From positions 265 to 64,264 of the forward strand of contig CAZODZ010000003.1 in NCBI GenBank assembly GCA_964578745.1: a stretch of 64,000 nucleotides of DNA, in the 5' to 3' direction. The notes below the pieces were generated by a model, which was given only the letters and a program-made list of their open reading frames with translations, was not told the origin of the DNA and ran no database searches. Numbering within the stretch: position 1 is the stretch's first letter; every line of letters begins with the position of its first letter. Made by a program: the position numbers and the translations under genes. Source of the stretch: an uncultured Dehalococcoidales bacterium. GTDB lineage: Bacteria; Chloroflexota; Dehalococcoidia; GIF9; AB-539-J10. Below are positions 1 through 9,752 of the stretch, in pieces.

Positions 1-203
1 GTTGGGGCGGCTTCAATGACATGGAGCTGGCTATGGCTGTAAACATCAAGAATTTCGACACTCTTATCAAGGGCCTGGAGAATACGTGGCTCACCGGACA
101 CTCGTACCCGATTGGCCTCATCATGGGTGACCAGAACGAGACACATCACCCGATTCCGGACTACAGCTACAGCAGTGTGTATCCCTACTGTGATGAAAGG
201 TAG
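1..203 (+). CDS. 3' end of a gene that begins upstream of the window; unknown function
   Basis: The reading frame is open from nt 3 through the stop at 201-203. The translation ...GGFNDMELAMAVNIKNFDTLIKGLENTW... matches no family I can name with confidence. Confidence 0.35.
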   Translation, partial: WGGFNDMELAMAVNIKNFDTLIKGLENTWLTGHSYPIGLIMGDQNETHHPIPDYSYSSVYPYCDER

Positions 204-371
204 TGGAGCAGGATGCCGTTACGTCAGAACAGGCCTTGACAGCCAACCAGACCAGGGATGAAGATGTGCTTGTTTACGAGCCCAAGTCACTGAAGTTGGC
301 AGTATGTCTTGTCTTGTGCGAGATAACGAGAACGATTCAACAAGGAGGTTGGAAGAGAAGAGGTATCTAGC

Positions 372-470
372 CATGCTGACTGCTGCCTGTTTGGGCGCGG
401 TGATGCTGCTTTCAGCCTGCGCACCCCGGCCTACGCCACCTTCGGCCGAGACTTCTCCTTCGCTAAGATG
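372..470 (+). CDS. Tiny putative lipoprotein-like ORF (32 aa) in an otherwise ORF-poor gap
   Basis: ATG at 372 follows an AAGGAGG-like RBS (caaggaggttgg). The translation MLTAACLGAVMLLSAC APRPTPPSAETSPSLR has a signal-peptide-like hydrophobic start and an L-S-A-C lipobox. It is too short for the ORF track. Confidence 0.2.
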
Positions 471-814
471 AACTGTCCTCGAATTCTCACAGCTCCAGTG
501 GAGGAACCAGTCCACTGGAATGACCCGTCTGTATGACCTGCCGGGTTCCTCTGCCACAAGCCATGTGCAAAGGTGTTCCACTTTCTTCAGGGCACACTCG
601 ACGCGTCTTCAGGAACCATAACAAGCCATATCATCAGAGGGGTTCTTCCCTATATACTTCTCATAGGCCTCGGGCTTCTGCTGATGGTGAGGTTCCCTGA
701 AATAGTGCTCTGGCTGCCAAACAGAATGATTGCATAGCGGCAGGGCGGGCCTCTGATAAAATAGACGCGCCCGCTCTTGATCCATAGAAACGGCAAGAAC
801 AGCTAGGAGGTTCA

Positions 815-1603
815 ATGGCGCTGACAAAAGACCAGGTTGAACAGATCTCAAACGAGCTGATTGAAGCTGAGCGGGCGTGTGCGCCGGTGGTGGCGCTCAC
901 CGACAGGTTTCCGGACGTGTCTTACGAGGATGCGTATGCCATCCAGCTCAAGACGTTTGACACTCGGGTTCGAGCAGGTGCCGTAATCGTAGGCAAGAAG
1001 ATTGGCCTCACGAGCAGGGCGATGCAAGACCAGTTCAACATCAGGGAACCTGACTACGGAATGATTACCAACACAATGGTTGTGCGCGAGGGCGCGCCTG
1101 TTCCAATGAGCAGTCTCATCCTGCCCCGCATCGAACCTGAGATCGCTTTCCTCCTCAAGGAGGACCTCAAGGGACCCGGCATCAACGTTGCAAATGTGCT
1201 TGAGGCGACCGAGGGAGTACTTCCAGCCTTCGAGATCATCGACAGCAGGTACAAAGACTGGAAGATCACGGTGAAGGACTCGATATCTGACAATGCGTCT
1301 GCTGCGCTCATGGTGCTGGGCGGGAAACTCACCCCCATCAAGGACCTTGATTTGCGCTACGTGGGGCTTGTGTTAGAGAAGAACGGCGAGGTAGTGAGCA
1401 CAGGCGCGGGCGCTGCTGTGCTGGGTAACCCGGCCGAATCGGTCGCATGGCTTGCAAACAAACTCACCGAATACGGAATTACGCTGAAGAAGGGCGAATT
1501 CGTTATGTCCGGCAGCCTTGTGTCGGCAGTCAAGGTCGAGGCAGGTTCACACCTGAGAGCTACATTCGACCGACTAGGCTCCGTTTCAGTACGTTTCGAG
1601 TGA
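815..1603 (+). CDS. 2-keto-4-pentenoate hydratase / 2-oxohept-4-ene-1,7-dioate hydratase family (meta-cleavage pathway hydratase, MhpD/HpaH-like)
   Basis: 262 aa with ATG preceded by AGGAGG. Length and sequence (KIGLTSRAMQ..., the EPEIAF motif, C-terminal G-rich region) resemble the fumarylacetoacetate-hydrolase-fold hydratases of aromatic meta-cleavage pathways. Confidence 0.65.
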   Translation: MALTKDQVEQISNELIEAERACAPVVALTDRFPDVSYEDAYAIQLKTFDTRVRAGAVIVGKKIGLTSRAMQDQFNIREPDYGMITNTMVVREGAPVPMSSLILPRIEPEIAFLLKEDLKGPGINVANVLEATEGVLPAFEIIDSRYKDWKITVKDSISDNASAALMVLGGKLTPIKDLDLRYVGLVLEKNGEVVSTGAGAAVLGNPAESVAWLANKLTEYGITLKKGEFVMSGSLVSAVKVEAGSHLRATFDRLGSVSVRFE

Positions 1604-1671
1604 CTTGGCCGTAGGCCCTCAGAGGGCCAACGGCGGATACAGGTGAATCCGCTTACGAATAGGGGGTCAAC

Positions 1672-3585
1672 ATGCCTAATCTGGCTCAATTATCAGCTGG
1701 CTCGTATAACCTGCTTCAGGGTAACGAGGCCATTGCACGGGGAGCGCTGGAGGCTGGAGTGCAGTACTGCGCTGCCTATCCTGGTACGCCATCGACAGAG
1801 ATTCTGACGACCTTCGCCAGCGTAGCCCGAGAGGCTGGCCTGCATGCCGAGTGGTCCAGCAACGAGAAGGTCGCCACCGACGCCGCGCTCGCGGCGGCGT
1901 ACGCGGGGCTGCGCTCAATGACTTCAATGAAGAACGCGGGCCTTAACGTCGCGATGGACACGCTTCAGCATATCAACCTCGCGACGCTGGGAGACCAGGG
2001 TGGCGCGATGGTCGTCGTGGTAGCTGATGACCCGCAGTCGCACGCAAGCGGCGACGAGGAGGACACCCGCTGGGTTGCGCAGATGGCCAATGCGCCGCTC
2101 CTGGAGCCGTCAAATTTCCAAGAAGCGTACGAGATGACAAAGTATCTCTTCGACCTCTCTGAGGAGTTCAGAATCTTCTGCTGGCTTCGCGACTACACGC
2201 GCCTTGCCCATGCGCGAGGTCGGGTACAGGTAGGTGAGTACAAGAAAGTCAAGAAGACGGCCCGCTACGACTCGTCCAAGTGCTTCACTCCATATATCGC
2301 CCCGCCCAAGCATGCGGCCCTTGTCGAGAAAATGGCAAAGATCAAGGATCGCTTCGAGGAGTCGCGCTTCAATTCGTACGAGGGGCCGGAGAACCCCGAG
2401 TTACTGATCATCGCGAGTGGCAGCGGAGTCCCGTCGTCCAGGGATGCCATCGAGGAACTCGGGCTCGGTTCGCAGGTGGGTCTGCTTAAGCTCGGTACCC
2501 TGTGGCCGTTCCCATCCAGTCTGGTACTTTCTCACGTAGCGAAGGCGAAGAGAGTGCTCGTCGTCGAAGAGGTCGACCCTTTCGTCGAGACTCACACGAA
2601 GGAAGCCGTCGCTGACGCACGTCTCACCAATTGTCCTGAGATCCTCGGCAAGGGCTCGGGCCACATGAGCTACGTTGGAGAGAATAATCCGGACAGGGTT
2701 ATCGCCCCGCTGAGCAGGCTCTTCGGCACCGATTACCGCGCGCGCGATCCGAAGTACCAAGAGAAGCTCGACGCGACGATCGGCAAGATGGTTGTCAGCC
2801 GCGGCCTCATCTGGTGCCCGGGATGTCCGCACAGGGCCAGTTTCTATGCCATCGGCAACGCGATAAAGCGGGACGGCCGCCACGCTATCGTGAGCAGCGA
2901 CATCGGTTGCTATACACTTGATGCATTCCCCGAGGGCACACAGATCACCAGTGTGCTCCATTGCATGGGCGGCGGCGCTGGCGAGGCATGCGGGTTTGGC
3001 CAACTGGAGCAGTTCGGCCTCGATCAACCCGTCATCGGCATCTGCGGAGACTCGACGTTCTTCCACGCCTCTATTCCAGCCCTTATCAATGCTGTCTACA
3101 ACAAGTCGGACATGACCCTCATCATCCTGGACAACTCCATCACCGCCATGACGGGGTTCCAGCCTCACGCTTCCAGTGGCCAGACGGCTACCCGTGAGGT
3201 TACCAACACCATAGACATGGAAGCGCTGTGCAGGACTCTTGGTTGCCGTGTCGAGGTCAAGGACCCATTTGACACGAAGGCCACGTCCGCGTGCCTCCAG
3301 GAGCTGCTGAAGGACAAGGGCGGTGTGAAAGTCCTCATCCTCAGGCACAAGTGCGAATTACTCCGCATGAGAGAGGAACGCAGACATCCTTACAAGGTCT
3401 GGGTAGACACGGAGAAGTGCAGAGGCGATAAGTGCGGGTTCTGCTACCGCGTTCTGCGATGTCCCGGCATCCGGTACGACAAAGAGACGGGCAAGGCCCG
3501 AATAGAGGAAGCACTCTGTGCTGAATGTGGCCTATGTGCAGACCTTTGTCCGAGCAAGGCCATCATGAAGGAGGAACGGGCATAA
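1672..3585 (+). CDS. iorA: Indolepyruvate:ferredoxin oxidoreductase alpha subunit
   Basis: 637 aa. TPP-dependent 2-oxoacid:ferredoxin oxidoreductase architecture with a C-terminal 2x[4Fe-4S] ferredoxin motif (CAECGLCADLCP). RBS AGGGGG precedes the start. Its stop overlaps the iorB start in ATAATGG. Confidence 0.8.
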   Translation: MPNLAQLSAGSYNLLQGNEAIARGALEAGVQYCAAYPGTPSTEILTTFASVAREAGLHAEWSSNEKVATDAALAAAYAGLRSMTSMKNAGLNVAMDTLQHINLATLGDQGGAMVVVVADDPQSHASGDEEDTRWVAQMANAPLLEPSNFQEAYEMTKYLFDLSEEFRIFCWLRDYTRLAHARGRVQVGEYKKVKKTARYDSSKCFTPYIAPPKHAALVEKMAKIKDRFEESRFNSYEGPENPELLIIASGSGVPSSRDAIEELGLGSQVGLLKLGTLWPFPSSLVLSHVAKAKRVLVVEEVDPFVETHTKEAVADARLTNCPEILGKGSGHMSYVGENNPDRVIAPLSRLFGTDYRARDPKYQEKLDATIGKMVVSRGLIWCPGCPHRASFYAIGNAIKRDGRHAIVSSDIGCYTLDAFPEGTQITSVLHCMGGGAGEACGFGQLEQFGLDQPVIGICGDSTFFHASIPALINAVYNKSDMTLIILDNSITAMTGFQPHASSGQTATREVTNTIDMEALCRTLGCRVEVKDPFDTKATSACLQELLKDKGGVKVLILRHKCELLRMREERRHPYKVWVDTEKCRGDKCGFCYRVLRCPGIRYDKETGKARIEEALCAECGLCADLCPSKAIMKEERA

Positions 3586-4193
3586 TGGCTATCTCTGCTG
3601 ATCCCTTGAACATGATTATCTGCGGAGTCGGCGGCCAGGGGAACATCCTGCTGTCCGGCATGCTCGGCAGTGCGTACATCAAGAAAGGGTACTACGCGAC
3701 CATTGGCGAAACGTTCGGGGCAGCCCAGCGGGGGGGTGCTGTGTTCAGTGCCGTCCGCGTGTCGCAAAAACGTGAATACGGACCGCTGATCCCCGAGGGC
3801 AAAGCACACTTGATTGTCGGCCTCGAGCCACTTGAAACACTGCGCCTTGCGCACAAGTATGCAAATCCGCAGACTGTGTGTATAAGCAACGTCTATCCGG
3901 TCACACCCGCAGGAGTTGCGGCGAACAGAGAGAAATACCCCGACGTCGACGAGGCAAAGGAAGCCCTTGCAGACGTTTGCGCGCAGACCTGGTTCCTTGA
4001 TGCGACGAGCATTGCCCTTGATCTTGGAGCACCCATCGCCATGAACATAGTCATGGTTGGTGCACTCCTCGGTACCGGACAACTCTCGCTGACAGAAGAA
4101 GATATCAAGGCCGAACTGCGGGAGAGCCTCCCGCCAGACAGGCTCGAGCTCAATTTCGAGGCGCTGTCGCGCGGGATGAAGACAGTGGCGTAG
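3585..4193 (+). CDS. iorB: Indolepyruvate:ferredoxin oxidoreductase beta subunit
   Basis: MAISADPLNMIICGVGGQGNILLSG... is the typical IorB/2-oxoacid oxidoreductase gamma-type N-terminus. The start is translationally coupled to the iorA stop (TAATG). The longer ORF-track start at 3525 is rejected. Confidence 0.75.
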   Translation: MAISADPLNMIICGVGGQGNILLSGMLGSAYIKKGYYATIGETFGAAQRGGAVFSAVRVSQKREYGPLIPEGKAHLIVGLEPLETLRLAHKYANPQTVCISNVYPVTPAGVAANREKYPDVDEAKEALADVCAQTWFLDATSIALDLGAPIAMNIVMVGALLGTGQLSLTEEDIKAELRESLPPDRLELNFEALSRGMKTVA

Positions 4194-4221
4194 GCTGGGC
4201 AGCGGAGGAACAGAGGCAAGA

Positions 4222-5472
4222 GTGTACAGGGCACCCCGGGGAACGACGGATATACTGCCAGAGGAGCAGGCGTACTGGCATCATGTCCAAGAGCGTGCGG
4301 CCCACGTGTGCAGTCTGTACGGCTATGAGCGGATAGACACGCCCATCTTCGAGGATTACGGCCTGTTCGCACGTACAGACGCGGCTGGCACTGACCTCGT
4401 TGAGAAAGAGATGTACGTCTTCGAGGACCGCAGTGGGCAGCGTCTGGCGCTGCGCGCTGAGAACACCGCGCCGGTATGCCGCGCGTACATACAACATGGC
4501 ATGTCGAGTCTTCCCCAGCCCGTCAGGCTCTATTACTGGGGACCTACTTTTCGGTACGAGCGACCCCAGGCAGGCCGGTACCGGCAGCATCACCAGTTCG
4601 GGTGCGAAGCGCTCGGTGATCCCTCCCCAAGCCTCGACGTCGAGGTCATCGAACTGGCCATCCGTTATCTTTCCTCGCTCGGTCTTGAGAATCTGTCCGT
4701 GGTCCTGAACAGCATCGGCTGCCGACAGTGTCAGCCACAATACGTCGAGGTGCTCAAACAGTACTACCGGGGCATCGCATCTCGTATCTGCCCCGACTGC
4801 ACCGTCCGGCTGGCGCATAATCCACTGAGGTTGCTGGACTGCAAGGAGGACTCCTGCCAGGTAATCATTGAGGAGGCGCCACACATCTCCGACTATCTCT
4901 GCCCCGACTGCAGGACCCATTTCCAAGAAGTGATGGACCAACTGCAGATCCTAGGCATCCCTTACACGTTGAACCATCGCCTGGTGCGCGGGTTGGACTA
5001 CTACACACGGACTGTGTTCGAGATCCACCCCGCGCGCGAGGGCGGACAAAGCGCAATCGTGGGCGGAGGGCGCTACGATGGGCTCATGGAGGCTATAGGC
5101 GGCAAACCAACCCCGGGAGTGGGCTTTGCCATGGGTATCGAGCGAGTCATCCTCAATCTCAAGGAACAGGGCATTGCCGTTCCCCCACGAGCCACACCGG
5201 ACATATATCTGGCCCACCGGGGGACGAGTACGCGCATGGCAGCTGTTGCACTGGCCCGACGGCTGAGAGACCAAGACATCGGGGTTATCATCCCTGCCAG
5301 TGAGAAGAGCCTCAAGGCCCAGTTGCGGCAGGCGCACTCGCTTGGCGTCAGCTACACCATCATCCTGGGAGACGACGAGATTGAGGCAGGCACAGCCATC
5401 GTGCGTGATATGAAGGCCAACACGCAGGCGACCATTGTGCAGGACGACCTGGTACGTCATCTGTCGGCCTGA
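4222..5472 (+). CDS. hisS: Histidine--tRNA ligase
   Basis: 416 aa. Class II aaRS motifs are present: RGTTDILPEE, FRYERPQAGRYRQHHQFG and the GGGRYD motif 3. RBS GGAGG is upstream. Confidence 0.9.
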   Translation: MYRAPRGTTDILPEEQAYWHHVQERAAHVCSLYGYERIDTPIFEDYGLFARTDAAGTDLVEKEMYVFEDRSGQRLALRAENTAPVCRAYIQHGMSSLPQPVRLYYWGPTFRYERPQAGRYRQHHQFGCEALGDPSPSLDVEVIELAIRYLSSLGLENLSVVLNSIGCRQCQPQYVEVLKQYYRGIASRICPDCTVRLAHNPLRLLDCKEDSCQVIIEEAPHISDYLCPDCRTHFQEVMDQLQILGIPYTLNHRLVRGLDYYTRTVFEIHPAREGGQSAIVGGGRYDGLMEAIGGKPTPGVGFAMGIERVILNLKEQGIAVPPRATPDIYLAHRGTSTRMAAVALARRLRDQDIGVIIPASEKSLKAQLRQAHSLGVSYTIILGDDEIEAGTAIVRDMKANTQATIVQDDLVRHLSA

Positions 5473-5516
5473 CAACACACCGCTAGCGCTCGTCTCCATA
5501 GCTAGTCGTTCGCGTC

Positions 5517-5527
5517 TGTGCTATAAT
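5517..5527 (+). promoter_or_regulatory. Candidate extended -10 promoter (TGnTATAAT: tgtgCTATAAT) about 115 nt upstream of gyrB
   Basis: A perfect TATAAT with an upstream TG lies in the 171-bp hisS-gyrB intergenic region. No clear -35 element is needed for extended -10 promoters. Confidence 0.35.
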
Positions 5528-5643
5528 TTACGTTGTGTGGAGACGCGCAGTCCGTCGCACCGACGAGGACCCCTTGAGGAGTGACGGCGGTCATCAGTCA
5601 ACCAGCCTGATTCTCTAGCTGAACTACTTAGGTACATCTGCAC

Positions 5644-7554
5644 ATGGCTGTCGACAACCTTAAGCCCCGTCGTGAGTACACATCAAGAGACATCCAGATA
5701 CTTGATGAGATTGAGGCTGTACGCCTGCGGCCGGGCATGTACATCGGCGGGACCGGGTTCGAGGGACTGCAGCACCTGTTGTATGAGATCGTCTACAACA
5801 GCATCGATGAGGCCTTGGCCGGCTACTGCGACCTCATCAACGTGACAATCCATCCTGATAATAGCATTACCGTCAAGGACAACGGCCGGGGTATCCCCGT
5901 CGACCTCATCCCATCGACCGACATCACGGCGCTTGAAGCCGTGATGACGCGACTCCACGCAGGCGGCAAGTTCGGCAACCACCTGTATGATGTATCCAGC
6001 GGACTTCACGGCGTAGGGGCATCCGTCGTCAATGCACTCTCGCGAAAGACAAGGGTCGAGGTCCGCCGGGGCGGAAAGATTTACTGCCAGACATACGAGC
6101 GTGGCGTACCTGTCTCTGAGATAACCGTGCTCGGCGAGACAACGGAGACCGGTACCAGCACAACCTTCGAGGCCGACCCTGAGATATTTGAGGACACCAA
6201 CTACGATTTCACCATAACCTCGCAGCGGCTTCGGGAGATGGCCTTCCTCAACAAGGGAATAACAATCCACCTCGAAGACCAGCGCACTAACGAAGAGCGA
6301 ACATACTACTTCGAAGGGGGTATCGCGAGCTACGTCCGGCGTATGAGCCGTGACAAGAACGTCATCCACCCGGAACCTATCTACCTCTCCGGGACAGCAG
6401 AATCGTCTTCGGTGGAGGTCGCAATCCAGTACAACGACTCCATGGCTGAAACGACCTACTCGTTCGCCAACTGTGTCAATACGCGCGACGGAGGCACCCA
6501 CCTGACCGGCTTCCGAGCCGCGCTGACGCGCGTGCTGACTGACTACCTCCGCAAGAACAAGCTTTCGAAAGACAGTGACCCCAGTCTTACCGGAGACGAC
6601 GTGCGGCAGGGGCTCGTTGCCGTGGTCAGCATCAAACTCTCGAATCCCCAGTTCGAAGGCCAGACCAAGGCAAAGCTCGGCAATCCCGAGGTGCGCAGCC
6701 AGGTGGAGTCGATCGTCTCTGACCAGCTTAGCCTGTACCTGGAACAACATCCCGATGACGCACGGGCAATTCTGGACAAGTGTCTTGTATCCGCGCGAGC
6801 GCGAGAAGCCGCCAGGAAGGCGCGCGAACTCGTCTTCAAGAAGTCCAGTTTCGAGACCTCAACACTGCCTGGTAAGCTGGCCGACTGCTCCGAGAAGAAC
6901 CCCGAGGAGTGCGAATTGTATCTGGTTGAGGGTGATTCCGCCGGAGGTTCGGCCAAGCAGGGGAGGGATCGCCGTTTCCAGGCTATTCTACCGCTCAGAG
7001 GCAAGATCCTTAACGTCGAGAAGGCCACCAAGGATCGAATCCTCGCCCACGAGGAGATACGCGCCCTCGCAACGGCGCTCCGCGCCAACGCCGACGGACT
7101 GGACCTCTCGAAGCTACGCTACCACCGCATCATAATCATGACCGACGCAGATGTGGATGGCGCCCACATACGGACGTTGCTTCTCACGTTCTTCTACCGG
7201 CATATGCCTGAACTCATTGAGGGCGGGCACCTGTACATCGCGCAGCCCCCCTTGTATCGTGTACGCTCCGGCAAACGCGAGGTGTGGGTATACACGGAAG
7301 AACAGAAGGACAAGGCGATTGCGGAGTTAGGTAGCAAAGCTGAGGTACAACGCTACAAAGGCCTTGGAGAGATGAGCGCCGAGCAGTTGTGGGAGACTAC
7401 AATGAACCCTGAGACGCGCACGCTCATCAGGGTTGAGGTGGAAGACAGCGCTGCAGCCGACAGAATCTTCAGTCTGCTGATGGGAAGCGAAGTCGAGCCA
7501 CGCAAGAACTTCATACAGAAACACGCAGAGTACGTCGAGAATCTAGACGTCTAG
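5644..7554 (+). CDS. gyrB: DNA gyrase subunit B
   Basis: 636 aa with a GHKL ATPase N-terminus (LVYEIVYNSIDEALAGYCD, GRGIP), a Toprim domain (LVEGDSAGGSAKQGRDR) and a C-terminal GyrA-interaction region. Confidence 0.95.
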   Translation: MAVDNLKPRREYTSRDIQILDEIEAVRLRPGMYIGGTGFEGLQHLLYEIVYNSIDEALAGYCDLINVTIHPDNSITVKDNGRGIPVDLIPSTDITALEAVMTRLHAGGKFGNHLYDVSSGLHGVGASVVNALSRKTRVEVRRGGKIYCQTYERGVPVSEITVLGETTETGTSTTFEADPEIFEDTNYDFTITSQRLREMAFLNKGITIHLEDQRTNEERTYYFEGGIASYVRRMSRDKNVIHPEPIYLSGTAESSSVEVAIQYNDSMAETTYSFANCVNTRDGGTHLTGFRAALTRVLTDYLRKNKLSKDSDPSLTGDDVRQGLVAVVSIKLSNPQFEGQTKAKLGNPEVRSQVESIVSDQLSLYLEQHPDDARAILDKCLVSARAREAARKARELVFKKSSFETSTLPGKLADCSEKNPEECELYLVEGDSAGGSAKQGRDRRFQAILPLRGKILNVEKATKDRILAHEEIRALATALRANADGLDLSKLRYHRIIIMTDADVDGAHIRTLLLTFFYRHMPELIEGGHLYIAQPPLYRVRSGKREVWVYTEEQKDKAIAELGSKAEVQRYKGLGEMSAEQLWETTMNPETRTLIRVEVEDSAAADRIFSLLMGSEVEPRKNFIQKHAEYVENLDV

Positions 7555-8165
7555 GTAGTATTGGCAGACCTGTAGAGGCCATGCGCAATGATGTATCTTT
7601 CCACTTCTCCTGGAACGAGGTAGTCTATCGGCAGTCCCTTCGAAACCCGCTCCCTTATGCCTGATGAACTGATTCCTATGATCGGGCTGTCAAGCGTCAC
7701 CACATTCTCCTTTGCCAACCCCTTGATACTCGATGCTACCTCGCTCAATTCCGGCAGGTTAGTGCCGACCCTCGGAACCACAACCAAGCGGCACATCTTC
7801 ACAAGACGCTCGGCGTCCTTCCACAGTGGAAGGTCCGTGAAGCTATCTCGACCAAGTATCAGATAGTAATCGTGTTCCCCCAGCTTCCTGCGTAGCTCAT
7901 CGAGTGTATCGACAGTATATGTCGGTCCCCCACGTTCAACTTCTACAGTACATAACTGGAAGCCATCATGCTTGGCAATAGCGAGCCGTACCATCTCGAC
8001 CCTATGATTCGCACTTGTAACCTCATGATCAATTTTCAGCCAAGGATTCCCCGCAGGTATGAATAACACTTTATCAAGTGAAAGCCTGATGCGTGCCTCC
8101 TCAGCAATGAATATATGTCCAGCGTGAACTGGATCGAATGTCCCACCTAAGATACCTATCCTCAT
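7551..8165 (-). CDS. nadD: Nicotinate-nucleotide adenylyltransferase
   Basis: 204 aa. The N-terminus GILGGTFDPVHAGH is the nucleotidyltransferase (H/T)xGH motif typical of NadD. It overlaps the gyrB stop convergently by 4 nt. Confidence 0.85.
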   Translation of the reverse strand: MRIGILGGTFDPVHAGHIFIAEEARIRLSLDKVLFIPAGNPWLKIDHEVTSANHRVEMVRLAIAKHDGFQLCTVEVERGGPTYTVDTLDELRRKLGEHDYYLILGRDSFTDLPLWKDAERLVKMCRLVVVPRVGTNLPELSEVASSIKGLAKENVVTLDSPIIGISSSGIRERVSKGLPIDYLVPGEVERYIIAHGLYRSANTT

Positions 8166-8369
8166 TATTAGTATTTTCTTTGTTAGTATTATTTACTGAG
8201 ATATTTAAAGAGTAGTGATTATATCATTCATCAGAATCATAATAGCGCGACGTGATGATTCATTCAGGATATCAACCAGCGTGTGTGGAGTCTCAACATG
8301 TTGGAACAATCGACGACAGAGTTGTTGACAGACTAGAGAGGCTGGAGAGAAAGAATCTAGTCAGGTTAT
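8166..8369. other. AT-rich intergenic region between nadD start and dnaA 3' end; candidate DNA-unwinding element / origin-associated region
   Basis: About 100 bp run at 70-75% AT inside a 60-65% GC genome. The motif TTAGTATT repeats at 8166-8173 and 8184-8191. The DnaA-box-like TTATTCACA at 8366-8374 is 8/9 to TTATCCACA. TGTGGAGTC, nearby on the upper strand, reads as a degenerate DnaA box in the complementary orientation. Confidence 0.35.
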
Positions 8370-9752
8370 TCACAGGTCATCTGATTGGGTGAGCTTCCGG
8401 GTGATACGCTGCAGCTGCTTCTGCAATCGATGGTTTGCTTCCAGCTCCTCTGTGACTTTGTGAATTCCATGCAGCACTGTGGCATGGTTGCGTCCGCCCA
8501 GCTCACGGCCGATCTCGGAGAGTGACAGTCCTGACTCCTTTCTCATTAGATACATGGCGACGTGTCGTGCAAGAGCCGTCTTCTTGTCCCTCTTTCTGGA
8601 AAGGAGGTCCTCAATAGGTACATCGAATGCGTCGGACACGGCGTGGATTACCGGCTGCCCGTCACCAGGTGTGGATACGCTGTGGAGCAGCCTGTTGACA
8701 GTGTGTGAATTAATCTGGTCTCCCGTAAGCCGGGCCTGTGCAGAAAGATAGACAATCGCCCCCTCAAGCTTTCGCATGTTTCCCCGGACTTCTTCTGCGA
8801 GGAGGTGGAGGGCATCTTCGGGTATATCGGTGTCCGTTTCGTCGGCTTTGGCTCTCAGGAAAGATAGCCGGGCTGCAAAATCAGGGGGTTGTATGCAAGC
8901 GACCATGCCACTCTCGAGGCGACTCTGCAACTTCTCCCCTATGGCCTGCATCTCCCGTGGATGGTGATCACCTGTAAGGGCTATCTGGCAGCCGCGCTGG
9001 AGAAGTTCATCGAAGATATGGTAGAAGCACTGCTGGGTCTGTCGCTTGCCGGCGAGGAACTGGATATCGTCGAACAACATCACGGTAGGTGTCTTGAATC
9101 GGGCGTTGAACTCCTCAATACGTTTACGCTTGACAGCCAGAATGAACTCATCCGTGAACCGTTCCCCTGTCGTGTACAGCACCTCTCTCCCTGCGAGTCT
9201 GGTTGTCTGGGCGATTGCTTTAAGCAGGTGTGTCTTGCCTTGGCCTGTCCCACCGTAGATATAGAGTGGGTTGAATGTGCTACAGGGGTTCTGCGCGAGC
9301 TCGAGCGCAGCAGCAAAAGCGAGACGGTTGCAGCTGCCGACAATGAACGTGTCGAATGAGAACCGGGAGGCGATTGCGTCGACAGCGGTCGCGACCGAGG
9401 CTCCTCCGTCGGCGTAGCCGGCCCGGGCCTGTATGTTATTCTGTGGTCCTGGAAGGTCGTGCACTTGGAAACGCACATCGAGTTCCTGACCGGCCACATG
9501 CGTGACGGTCTTTCTGACGAGAGAGTGAAGCCGCTTCGTCAGCCATTCAGCGACGAACGCATTGGACGTTCCAACGACGAACACGCCATCCTCGACGGAG
9601 ACGCCATGGCTGTTGCGCAGCCAAGTATTGAAATTTGCTCTGGTCACCTGCGCCTGGAGTTCACCCAGTGCTTTCTGCCAGATCTCGAACGCCGACAACT
9701 CCAACAAGACCTCCAACAGCACCAAATATGATGTGCGAGGGCGATACCCCAA
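8370..9752 (-). CDS. dnaA: Chromosomal replication initiator protein DnaA
   Basis: 460 aa with a domain I-like N-terminus (FEIWQKALGELQAQV...FNTWL), an AAA+ domain (GGTGQGKTHLL, Walker B LFDDIQF) and a C-terminal HTH (ARHVAMYLMRKESGLSLSEIGRELGGRNHATVLHG). The start codon is uncertain. The ORF-track start is TTG, and a GTG at 9722 or a TTG nearby is also possible. Confidence 0.9.
   Translation of the reverse strand: MGYRPRTSYLVLLEVLLELSAFEIWQKALGELQAQVTRANFNTWLRNSHGVSVEDGVFVVGTSNAFVAEWLTKRLHSLVRKTVTHVAGQELDVRFQVHDLPGPQNNIQARAGYADGGASVATAVDAIASRFSFDTFIVGSCNRLAFAAALELAQNPCSTFNPLYIYGGTGQGKTHLLKAIAQTTRLAGREVLYTTGERFTDEFILAVKRKRIEEFNARFKTPTVMLFDDIQFLAGKRQTQQCFYHIFDELLQRGCQIALTGDHHPREMQAIGEKLQSRLESGMVACIQPPDFAARLSFLRAKADETDTDIPEDALHLLAEEVRGNMRKLEGAIVYLSAQARLTGDQINSHTVNRLLHSVSTPGDGQPVIHAVSDAFDVPIEDLLSRKRDKKTALARHVAMYLMRKESGLSLSEIGRELGGRNHATVLHGIHKVTEELEANHRLQKQLQRITRKLTQSDDL

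Noticed and set aside
2401-3348. 315-aa minus-strand ORF inside iorA
   Set aside because: It is antisense to a well-supported gene with no recognisable motifs. Long spurious ORFs of this kind are expected in a high-GC genome.
3525-3584. Longer start for iorB (MWPMCRPL...)
   Set aside because: The coupled TAATG junction with iorA and the conserved IorB N-terminus (MAISADPLN) support 3585.
5683-6750. 355-aa minus-strand ORF antisense to gyrB
   Set aside because: It lies entirely within gyrB on the opposite strand. It has no RBS and no homology features.
8166-8369. AT-rich segment as a possible horizontally acquired insertion or IS remnant
   Set aside because: There are no terminal inverted repeats, no transposase or integrase, and no tRNA target. 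The position between nadD and dnaA fits a promoter/origin region better.
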